DNA of 64,000 nucleotides, from the NCBI RefSeq assembly GCF_036365525.1, contig NW_027140825.1:1426001-1490000 (forward strand), written 5' to 3'. Shown here one piece after another: positions 33,201 to 45,200 of the stretch. The notes beneath the pieces are model-generated. The model was not told where the DNA came from. It searched no databases and saw only the letters and a list, made by a program, of their open reading frames with translations. Position 1 is the stretch's first letter, and each line of letters begins with the position of its first letter. Source of the stretch: Heterodontus francisci (lineage: Eukaryota). A program made the translations under genes and the position numbers.

Positions 33201-36200
33201 ATTGTGATTGAGTGACTGAGGGGAATGTGATACAGTGACTGAGGGGAGTGTGATATAGTGACTGAGGTGAGTGTGATGCAGTGACTGAGGGGAGCGTGAC
33301 GCCGTGACTGAGGGGAGTGTGACACAGTAATGTATTGAACAGGATGGAAGATAATGGTTTTATAAAGATTGTGATCTGTCATTCTCCTGACACGAGCACC
33401 ATCCTGTTGACCTGATGTGTGTTTCTCCCTGTCTCACTTGGCAATGTCTCCCTCCCATTATGACAGAACCCGTGACTTCCCAAACTTAGGAATCCGAGGA
33501 ACAATCGACTCGAGAATCTACTGAGGTTTCATCCTCCACCCCAGCGGGCTCTGGAAGCTCAGGTACCTGTCATGTGGGGTTATCATCGCAGAATCATGGA
33601 ATCAGAGACTGGTTACAGCACAGAAAGAGCCCGTTGAGCCCATCGTCACTGTGACAGCTCGATGCCTGTGCAACTAACCTACTCCCACTCCTGCTATTTC
33701 CCCGTCGCACTGCAGATTGTTTCGCCAATGACAATTTTCCAATTCCCTTTTGAAAGCCTCAATTGAACCTACCTCCAGCACACTCTCAGGCAGTGCATTT
33801 CAGATCCTAACCACACGCTGTGTGAAAAGGTTTTACTGTCTCTGTTGTAATTTTTACCACTCACCTAAAACCGGTGCCCTCTAGTTCTGGATCCTCCCAC
33901 CAATGGGACATAGGGGTGTGGGGCATAGTTACTGGGGGAGAGGGATGTAGTGACTGAGGGGAGAAGGTTGCACTGACCGAGGTGAGTGGGATATAGTGAC
34001 TGAGGGCAGTGGGACATTGTGACTGAGGGCAGTGGGATATAGTGAGTGAGGGGAGAGGGATGTAGTGACTGAGGGGAGTGGGACATAGTGACTTAGGGTA
34101 GTGGGATATAGTGAGTGAGGGGAGAAGGATGTAGTGACTGAGGGGAGTGGGACATAGTGACTGAGGGGAGTGGGATGTAGTTACTGAGGGCAGCTGGACA
34201 TAGTGATTGAGGGCAGTGGGATGTCGTGACTGAGGGGAGTGAGACATAGTGACTTAGGGTAGTGGGATATAGTGAGTGAGGGGAGAGGGATATAGTGAGT
34301 GAGGGGAGAGTGATATAGTGACTGAGGGGAGTGGGACATAATGACTGAGGGGAGTGGGATGTAGTTACTGAGGGCAGTAGGACATAGTGATTGAGGGCAG
34401 TGGGAAATAGTCATCGAGGTGTGCGGAACATAGTGACTGAGGGCAGTGGAACATAATGAATGAGGACAGTGGGACATATTGTCTGAGGGCAGAGGGATAT
34501 AGTCATTGTGGGGAGTGGGATATAGTCATTGGGGGCAGTGGGACATAGTCACTGAGGTGAGTGTGATATAGTGACTGATGGGATAGGTATGCAGTGATTG
34601 AGGGCAGTGGGATATAGTGACTGAGGGCAGTGGTATGTATTCACTGCACGGAGTGGGATGTGGTAGCTGCGGAGAGTGGGATGCAGTGACTGAGGTGAGT
34701 GGGATACAGTGACTGAGGGGAGTGGGATACAGCGACTGAGGGTAGTATGATACAGTGACTGAGGGGAGTGTGACACAGTGTCTGAGGGGAGTATGATACA
34801 GTCACTGAGGGGAGTGTGATGCAGAGACTGAGGGTAGTGTGATCCAGTGACAGAGGGAGTGTGAAACAGTGACAGAGCGGAGTGTGATGCAGTGACTGAG
34901 GGGAGTGTGATGGAGACTGAGGGGAGCGTGACGCCGTGACTGAGGGGAGTGTGACATAGTAATGTAGTGAACAGGATGGAAGATAATGGTTTTATAAAGA
35001 TTGTTATCTGTCATTCTCCTGACACTAGTACCATCCTGTTGACCTGATGTGTTTTTCTCCATGTCTCACTTTGCAATGTCTCCCTCCATTTATAACAGAA
35101 CCCGTGACTTCCAAAACTCAGGAATCCGAGGAACAATCGACCAGAGAATCTACTGAGGTTTCATCCTCCACCCCAGCGGGCTCTGGAAGCTCAGGTACCT
35201 GTCTTGTGGGGTCATCATCGCAGAATCATGGTATCAGAGACTGGTTACAGCACAGGAAGAGGCCATTGAGCCCATCGTCACCGTGACAGCTCTATGCCTG
35301 GGCAACTCACCTACTGCCACTCGGGCCATTTCCCCGTCGCACTGCAGATTATATCTCCAATGACAATTTTCCAACTCCCTTTTGAAAGCCTCAATTAAAC
35401 CTGCCTCCAGCACACTCTCAGGCAGTGCATTTCAGATCCTAACCACACGCTGTGTGAAAAGATTTTCCTGTCTCTGTTGTGACTTTTACCACGAACCTAA
35501 AACCGGTGCCCTCTAGTTCTGGATCCTCGCACCAATGGGACTGAGGGGAGTGGGACATAGTTACTCAGGGGAGAGGGATGCATTGACTGAGGGGAGAAGG
35601 TTGCACTGACCGAGGGGAGTGGGATATAGTGACTGAGGGAAGTGGGACATAGTGACTGAGGGCAGTGGGATATAGTGAGTGAGGGGAGAGTGATGTAGTG
35701 ACTGAGGGGAGTGGGACATAGTGACTGAGGGGAGTGGGATGTAGTGACTGAGGGAAGTTGGACATAGTGATTGAGGGCAGTGGGATGTAGTGACTGAGGG
35801 GAGTGACACATAGTGAATGAGGGGAGAGGGATATAGTGACTGTGGGGAGTGGGACAAAGTGACTGAGGGGTGTGGGATATAGTTATTGAGGGCAGTAGGA
35901 CATAGTGATTGAGCGCAGTGGGATATAGTCAGTGAGGGGCGAGGGATATAGTGACTGAGGGGAGTGGGACATAGTGACTGAGGACAGTGGGACATAGTGA
36001 CTGAGGGCAGTGGGATATAGTGACTGAGGGGATTGGGATATAGTCATTCAGGGCAGTGGGACACAGTGACTGAGGGAAATGGTACATAGTGACTGAGGGC
36101 AGAGGGACATAGTGACTGAGGTGAGTGGGACATAGTCACTGAGGTGAGTGGGATATAGTCATTGAGGACAGTGGGACATAGTGAGTGAGGGCAGTGGGAT

Positions 36201-39200
36201 ACAGTGAGTGAGGGGAGAGGGATATAGTGACTGTGGGGAGTGGGACAAAGTGACTGAGGGGAGTTGGATTTAGTTACTGAGGGCAGTAGGACATAGTGAT
36301 TGCGCGCAGTGGGATATAGTCATTGAGGGGCGAGGGATATAGTGACTGAGGGGAGTGGGATATAGTCATTGAGGGCAGTGGGACACAGTGACTGAGGGCA
36401 ATGGTACATAGTGACTGAGGGCAGTGGGACATCGTGATTGAGGTGAGTGGGACATAGTCACTGAGGTGAGTGGGATATAGTCATTGAGGACAGTGGGACA
36501 TAGTGACTGAGGGCAGTGGGACATAGTGACTGAGGGAAGTGTGACATCGTGACTGAGGGCATTAGGACATAGTGACTGAGGGGAGTGGGATATAGTCATT
36601 GAGGGCAGTGGGATATAGTGACTGAAGGCAGTGGGATATAGTGACTGAGGGCAGTGGGACATAGTGACTGAGGGAAGTGTGACATCGTGACTGAGGGCAT
36701 TAGGACATAGTGACTGAGGGGAGTGGGATATAGTCATTGAGGGCAGTGGGATATAGTGACTGAAGGCAGTGGGATATAGTGACTGAGGGCTGTGGGACAT
36801 AGTGATTGAGGGGAGTGGGACATAGTCACTGAGGTGAGTGGGATATAGTGACTGATGGGAGAGGGATGCAGTGATTGAGGGCAGTGGGATGTAGTAACTG
36901 AGCGGAGTGGGACGTAGTGACTGAGGGCCGTGGGATATAGTGACTTAGGGCAGTGGGATGTATTGACTTTGCGGAGTGGGATGTGGTAACTGCGGAGAGT
37001 GGGATGTAGTGACTGAGGTGAGTGGGATACAGTGACTGAGGGGAGTGGGATACAGAGACTGAGGGTAGTATGATACAGTGACTGAGGGGAGTGGGATACA
37101 GCAACTGAGGGGAGTGTGATACAGTCACTGAGGGTAGTGTGATACAGTGTCTGAGGGGAGTATGAAACAGTCACTGAGGGGAGTGTGATGCAGCGACTGA
37201 GGGTAGTGTGATACAGTGTCTGAGGGGAACTTGATACAGTGACTGAGGGTAGTGTGATACAGTGTCTGAGGGGAGTATGAAACAGTCACTGAGGGGAGTG
37301 TGATGCAGTGACTGAGGGGAGTGTGATACAGTGTCTGAGGGGAGTATGAAACAGTCACTGAGGGGAGTGTGATACAGCGACTGAGGGGAGTGTGATACAG
37401 AGACTGAGGGGAGTGTGATACAGCGACTGAGGGGAGTGTGATACAGTGACTGAGGGGAGTGGGATACAGAGTCTGAGGGTAGTATGATACAGTGACTGAG
37501 GGGAGTGGGATACAGCAACTGAGGGGAGTGTGATACAGTCACTGAGGGTAGTGTGATACAGTGTCTGAGGGGAGTATGAAACAGTCACTGAGGGGAGTGT
37601 GATACAGCGACTGAGGGGAGTGTGATACAGAGACTGAGGGGAGTGTGATACAGCGACTGAGGGGAGTGTGATACAGCGACTGAGGGGAGTGTAATTCAGT
37701 GACTGAGGGGAGTGTGATACAGCGACTGAGGGGAGTGTGATACAGTGTCTGAGGGGAGTGGGATACAGCAACTGAGGGGAGTGTGATACAGTCACTGAGG
37801 GGAGTGTGATGCAGCGACTGAGGGTAGTGTGATACAGTGTCTGAGGGGAACTTGATACAGTGAGTGAGGGGAGTGTGATGCAGTGACAGAGGGGAATGTG
37901 ATACAGTGACTGAGGGGAGTGTGATGCAATGACAGAGGAAGTGTGATACAGTGACAGAGTGGAGTCTGACACAGTGAGTGAGGGGAGTGTGATGCAGTAC
38001 AGAGGGAAGTGTGATACTGTGACTGAGGGGAGTGTGATACTGTGACTGAGCGAGTGTGACACAGTGACTGAGGGGAGTGTGATACAGTGTCTGAGGGGAG
38101 TGTGATACAGTGTCTGAGGGGAGTGCGATACAGTGACTGAGGGGAATGTGATACAGTGTCTGAGGGGAGTGCGATACAGTGTCTGAGGGGAGTGTGATAC
38201 AGTGTCTGAGGGGAGTGTGATACAGTGTCTGAGGGGAGTGCGATACAGTGACTGAGGGGAATGTGATACATGACTGAGGGGAGTGTGATACAGAGTCTGA
38301 GGGGAGTATGAAACAGTCACTGAGGGGAGTGTGATACAGAGACTGAGGGTAGTATGATACAGTGTCTGAGGGGAACTTGTTACAGTGACTGAGGTTAGTG
38401 TGATGCAGTGACAGAGGGAGTGTGATACAGTGACAGAGGGGAGTGTGATACAGTGAGTGAGGGGAGTGTGATGCAGTGACTGAGGGGAATGTGATACAGT
38501 GACTGAGGGGAGTGTGATACAATGACAGAGGAAGTGTGATACAGTGACAGAGTGGAGTCTGACACAGTGAGTGAGGGGAGTGTGATACAGTGACTAAGGG
38601 GAGTGTGATGCAGTGACAGAGGGAAGTGTGATACTGTGACTGAGCGAGTGTGACACAGTGACTGAGGGGAGTGTGATGGAGTGACTCAAGGACTGTGATA
38701 GTGTCTGAGGGGAGTAGGATACGGTCACTGAGGGGAGTGGGATGCAGCGACTGAGTGTACTGTGACACCGTGACTGAGGGGAGTATGATACAGTCACTGA
38801 GGGGAGTGGGATGCAGCGAATGAGGGTAGTGTGATCGAGTGACTGTGGGGAGTGGAATACATTGACTGAGAGGAATGTGATATAGTGACTGAGGGAAGTG
38901 TGATACAGTGACTGAGAGAGTGTGATGCAGTGACTGAGGGGAGTGTGATGCAGTGACAGAGGGAGTGTGATACAGTGACAGAGGGGAGTGTGATGCAGTG
39001 ACAGAGGGAGTGTGATACAGTGACAGAGGGGAGTGTGATACAGTGACTGAGGGGAGTGTGATACAATGACAGAGGAAGTGTGATACAGTGACAGAGTGGA
39101 GTCTGACACAGTGAGTGAGGGGAGTGTGATACAGTGACTAAGGGGAGTGTGATGCAGTGACAGAGGGAAGTGTGATACTGTGACTGAGCGAGTGTGACAC

Positions 39201-42200
39201 AGTGACTGAGGGGAGTGTGATGGAGTGACTCAAGGACTGTGATAGTGTCTGAGGGGAGTAGGATACGGTCACTGAGGGGAGTGGGATGCAGCGACTGAGT
39301 GTACTGTGACACCGTGACTGAGGGGAGTATGATACAGTCACTGAGGGGAGTGGGATGCAGCGAATGAGGGTAGTGTGATCGAGTGACTGTGGGGAGTGGA
39401 ATACATTGACTGAGAGGAATGTGATATAGTGACTGAGGGAAGTGTGATACAGTGACTGAGAGAGTGTGATGCAGTGACTGAGGGGAGTGTGATGCAGTGA
39501 CTGAGGTGAGTGTGATACAGTGACTGAGGTGAGTGGGATACAGTGAGTGAGGGGAGTATGATATAGTGACTGAGGTGAGTGTGATGCAGTGACCGCTGGG
39601 AGTGTGATGCAGTGACCGCTGGGAGTGTGATGCAGTGACTGCTGGGAGTGTGATACAGTGACTGAGGGGTGTGTGATACAGTAATGTAGTGAACAGGATG
39701 GAAGATAATGGTTTTATAAAGATTGTTATCTGTCATTCTCCTGACACGAGCACCATCCTGTTGACCTGATGTGTTTTTCTCCCTGTCTCACTCTGCAATG
39801 TCTCCCTCCCTTTAATACAGAACCCGTGACTTCCCAAACTCAGGAATCCGAGGAACAATCGACTAGAGAATCTACTGAGGTTTCATCCTCCACCCCAGCG
39901 GGTTCTGGAAGCTCAGGTACCTGTCATGTGGGGTCATCATCGCAGAATCATGGTATCAGTGACTGGTTACAGCACAGGAAGAGGCCATTGAGCCCATCGT
40001 CACCTTGACAGCTCTATGCCTGTGCAACTCATCTACACCCACTCCTGCAATTTCCCCATCGCACTGCAGATTATTTCTCCAATGACAATTTTCCAACTCC
40101 CTTTTGAAAGCCTCAATTGAACCTGCCTCCAGCACACTCTCTGGAAGTGCATTTCAGATCCTAACCACTCGCTGTGTGAAAAGGTTTTCCTGTCTCTGTT
40201 GTGACTTTTACCAGTCACCTAAAACCGGTGCCCTCCAGTTCTGGATCCTCCCACCAATGGGACTTAGGGGAGTGGGGCATAGTTAGTGGGGGAGATGGAT
40301 GTAGTGACTGAGGGGAGAAGGTTACACTGACCGAGGTGAGTGGGATATAGTGACTGAGGGCAGTGGGGCATAGTGACTGAGGGCAGTGGGATATAGTGAG
40401 TGAGGGGAGAGGGATGTAGTGACTGAGGGGAGTGGGACAGAGTGACTTAGGGTAGTGGGTTATAGTGAGTGAGGGGAGAGGGATGTAGTGACTGAGGGGA
40501 GTGGGACATAGTGACTGAGGGGAGTGGGATGTAGTTACTGAGGGCAGCTGGACATAGTGATTGAGGGCAGTGGGATGTCGTGACTGAGGGGAGTGAGACA
40601 TAGTGAATGAGGGGAGTGGGATATAGTGAGTGAGGGGAGAGGGATATAGTGAGTGAGGGGAGAGTGATATAGTGACTGAGGGGAGTGCGACATAATGACT
40701 GAGGGGAGTGGGATATAGTGAGTGAGGGGAGAGGGATATAGTGACTCAGGGGAGTGGGATATAGTTACTGAGGGCAGTAGGACATAGTGATTGAGGGCAG
40801 TGGGATATAGTCATCGAGGGGTGCGGAACATAGTGAATGAGGGGAGTGGGATATAGTCATTCAGGGGAGTGGGATATAGTCATTGTGGGCAGTGGGACAT
40901 AGTGACTGAGGGCAGTGGGACATAGTCACTGAGGTGAGTGGGATATAGTGACTGATGGGATATGGATGCAGTGATTGAGGGCAGTGGGAGATAGTCACTG
41001 AGCAGAGTGGGTCGTAGTGACTGAGGGCAGTGGGTTATAGTGACTGAGGGCAGTGGAATGTATTCACTGTGCAGAGTGGGATGTGGTAACTGCGGAGTGT
41101 GGGATGCAGTGACTGAGGTGAGTGGGATACAGTGACTGAGGTGAGTGTGATACAGTGACTGAGGGCAGTGGGATACAGTGACTGAGAGGAGTTGATACAG
41201 TGACTGAGATATTGTGATGCAGTGACTGAGGTGAGTGTGATGCAGTGACTGCTGGGAGTGTGATACAGTGACTGAGGGGTGTGTGACGCAGTAATGTCGT
41301 GAACAGGATGGAAGATAATGGTTTTATAAAGATTGTTATCTGTCATTCTCCTGACACGAGCACCATCCTGTTGACCTGATGTGTTTTTCTCCATGTCTCA
41401 CTTTGCAATGTCTCCCTCCCTTTAATACAGAACCCGTGACTTCCCAAACGCAGGAATCCGAGGAACAATCGACTAGAGAATCTACTGAGGTTTCATCCTC
41501 CACCCCAGCGGGCTCTGGAAGCTCAGGTACCTGCCTTGTGGTGTTATCATCGCAGAATCATGGAATCAGAGACTGGTTACAGCACAGAAAGAGGCCGTTC
41601 TGCCCATCGTCACTGTGCCAGCTCTCTGCCTGAGCAACTCACCTACTCCCACTCCTGCCATTTCCCCATCTCCCTGCAGATTGTTTCTCCGATGATAATT
41701 ATCCAATTCCCTTTTGAAAGCCTCAATTGAACCTGCCTCCAGCACACTCTCAGGCAGTGCATTTCAGATCCTAACCACTCGCTGTGTGAAAAGATTTTCC
41801 TGTCTCTGTTGTGACTTACATCACTCACCTAAAACCGGTGCCCTCTAGTTCTGGATCCTCCCACCAATGGGACTGAGGGGAGTGGGACATAGTTACTGAG
41901 GGGAGAGTGATGCGGTGACTGAGGGGAGAAGGTTGCACTGACCGAGGGGAGTGGGATATAGTGACTGAGGGCAGTGGGACATAGTGACTGAGGGTAGTGT
42001 GATACAATGACAGAGGAAGTGTGATACAGTGACTGAGAGAGTGTGATACAGTGACTGAGAGAGTGTGACACAGTGACAGAGGGAAGTGGGATACAGTGAC
42101 TGAATGTGTGGGATACAGTGACTGAGGGGATTGTGATACTGTGACAGCGGGGAGTGTGATACAGTGACTGAGAGAGTGTGATACGGTGACTGGGGTAGAG

Positions 42201-45200
42201 TGATACAGTGACTCCGGGAGTGTGATACACTGTCTGAGGAGAGTGGGATGCAGTGACTGAGGGGAGTGTGATGCAGTGTCTGAGGGGTGTAGGATACAGT
42301 GAACTGAAGGGAGTGTGATCCAGTGACTGGAGGAGTGTGATACAGTGACTGAGGGGAGTGTGATACAGTGACTGAGGGGAGTGTGATACAGTGACTCCGG
42401 GAGTGTGATACAGTGATTGAGGGGAGTGCGATAAAGTTACGGAGGGGAGTGTTATACACTGACTGAGGGGATTGGGATACAGTGAACTGAAGGGAGTGTG
42501 ATACAGTGACTGGAGGAGTGTGACACAGTGACTGAGGGGAGTGTGATACAGTGACTGAGGGTAGTATGATACAGTCACTGAGGGGAGTGCGATGCAGCGA
42601 CTGAGGGTAGTGTGATACAGTGTCTGAGGGGGATGTGAAACAGTGACAGAGGGTAGAGTGATACAATGACAGAGGAAGAGTGATACAGTGACAGAGGGGA
42701 GTGTGATACAGTGGGTGAGGGGAGTGTGATGCAGTGACTGAGGGGAGCATTATACAGTGACTGAGGGGAGTGTGGTACAGTGACTCCGGGAGTGTGATAC
42801 AGTGATTGAGGGGAGTGCGATAAAGTTACGGAGTGGAGTGTTATACACTAACTGAGGGGATTGGGATACAGTGACTGAAGGGAGTGTGATACAGTGACTG
42901 AGGGGTGTGGGATGCAGTGACTGAGGGGAGTGTGATACAGACACTGAGGGGAGTGGGATGCAGCGACTGAGGGTAGTGTGATACAGTGACTGAGGGGAGT
43001 GTGATACAGTCACTGAGGAGAGGGGAATGCAGCGACTGAGGGGAGTGGGGTACAGTGACTGAAGGGAGTGTGATACAGTGACTGAGGGGTGTGGGATGCA
43101 GTGACTGAGGGGAGTAGGAAACAGTCACTGAGCGGAGTGGGATGCAGCCACTGAGGGTAGTGTGTTACAGTGACTGAGGGGAGTATGATACAGTCACTGA
43201 GGAGAGTGGAATGCAGCGACTGAGGGGAGTGTGATAGAGTGACTGAGGGGAGTGGGATACAGTGACTGAGGGGAGTGTGATGCAGTGTCTGAGTGGTGTA
43301 GGATACAGTGAACTGAAGGGAGTGTGATACAGTGACTGGGGGAGTGTGATACAGTGACTGAGGGGAGTGTGATACAGTGTCTGAGGGGGATGTGATACAG
43401 TGACAGAGGGGAGAGTGATACAGTGACTCCGGGAGTGTGATACAGTGACTGAGGGGAGTGTGATACAGTGTCTGAGGGGGATGTGATACAGTGACAGAGG
43501 GGAGAGTGATACAATGACAGAGGAAGAGTGATACAGTGACAGAGGGGAGTGTGATACAGTGACTCAGGGAGTGTGATACAGTGATTGAGTGGAGTGCGAT
43601 AAAGTTACGGAGGGTAGTGTTATACACTGTCTGAGGGGATTGGGATACAGTGACCGAAGGGAGTGTGATTCAGAGACTGAGGGGTGTGGGATGCAGTGAC
43701 TGAGGGTAGTAGGATACAGTCACTGAGGGGCGTGGGAGGCAGCGACTGAGGGTAGTGTGATGCAGTGACTGAGGGGAGTGTGATACAGTGACTCCGGGAG
43801 TGTGATACAGTGATTGAGGGGAGTGCGATAAAGTTACGGAGGGGAGTGTTATACACTGACTGAGGGGATTGGGATACAGTGACTGAAGGGAGTGTGATCC
43901 AGTGACTGGAGGAGTGTGATACAGTGACTGAGGGGAGTGTGATACAGTGTCTGAGGGGAGTGTGATACAGTGACTGAGGGTAGTGTGATGCAGTGTCTGA
44001 GGGGGATGTGATACAGTGACAGAGGGTAGTGTGATGCAGTGACTGAGGGGAGTATGATACAGTCACTGAGGAGAGGGGAATGCAGCGACTGAGGGGAGTG
44101 GGATACAGTGACTGAAGGGAGTGTGATACAGTGACTGAGGGGTGTGGGATGCAGTGACTGAGGGGAGTAGGATACAGTCACTGAGGGGAGTGGGATCAGC
44201 GACTGAGCATAGTGTGATGCAGTGACTGAGGGGAGTATGATCCAGTCACTGAGGAGAGTGGAATTCAGTGGCTGAGGGGAGTGTGATAGAGTGACTGAGG
44301 GGAGAGGGATACAGTGACTGAGGTGAGCGTGATACAGTGAAAGAGGGAAGTGGGATACAGTGACTGAGAGAGTGTGATACAGTGACTGAGAGAGTGTGAT
44401 ACAGTGACAGAGGGAAGTGGGATACAGTGACTGAATGTGTGGGATACAGTGACTGAGGGGTGTGTGATACTGTGACTGAGGGGAGTGTGATACACTGACT
44501 GAGAGATTGTGATACAGTGACAGAGGGAAGTGGGATACAGTGACTGAATGTGTGGGATACAGTGACTGGGGGAGTGTGATACTGCGACAGTGGGGAGTGC
44601 GATACAGTGACTGATAGAGTGTGATACAGTGACTGGGGGAGTGTGGTACATTGACTGAGGGGAGTGTGATACTCTGTCTGAGTAGAGTGGGATGCAGTGA
44701 CTGAAGCGAATATAATGCAGGACTGAGTGGAGTGTGATACATTGAATGAGGGGAGTGTGAGACTCTGTCTGAGGGGAGTGGGATACAGTGAACTGAAGGG
44801 AGTGTGATACTGTGACTGGGGGAGTGTGATACAGTGACTGAGGAGAGTGTGATACACTGTCTGAGGGGAGTGGAGTGCAGTGACTGAAGGGAATATAATG
44901 CAGTGACTGAGGGGAGTGTGATACAGTGCCTGAGGGGCGTGTGTTGCAGTGGCTGAGGGGAGTGTGATACAGCGACTGAGGGGAGTGTGATACAGTGACT
45001 GAGGGGAATGTGATAAAGTGACTGAGGTGAGTGTAATGCAGTGACTGAGGGGAGTGTGATAGAGACTGAGGGCAGCATGATGCTCAAACTCAGGAATCCG
45101 AGGAACAATTGACTAGAGAATCTACTGAGGTTTCATCCACTACCCGAGCGGGCTCTGGAAGCTAAGGTATCTGCTTTGTGGGGTTATCATCGCAGAATCA

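Larger units (their letters stand above)
22320..45075 (+). repeat. 23-bp G-rich satellite (cagtgactgaggggagtgtgata)n in blocks at about 22320-23670, 24990-25470, 27095-27857, 29690-30575, 32650-33330, 33905-34960, 35540-39680, 40260-41290 and 41870-45075
   Basis: Clear 23-bp period; source of the spurious SHSPQSLYHTPLSHCITLPSV ORFs. Confidence 0.95.

Noticed and set aside
22320-45075. Satellite as an RSS array (TACAGTG/CACAGTG, period 23) or an Ig switch region
   Set aside because: Most units lack the essential CAC and none has a nonamer; no AGCT enrichment
22069-45108. Many long minus-strand ORFs (up to 419 aa) rich in SHSPQSLYHTPLSHCITLP
   Set aside because: They are translations of the 23-bp satellite, cycling through frames; there is no gene structure
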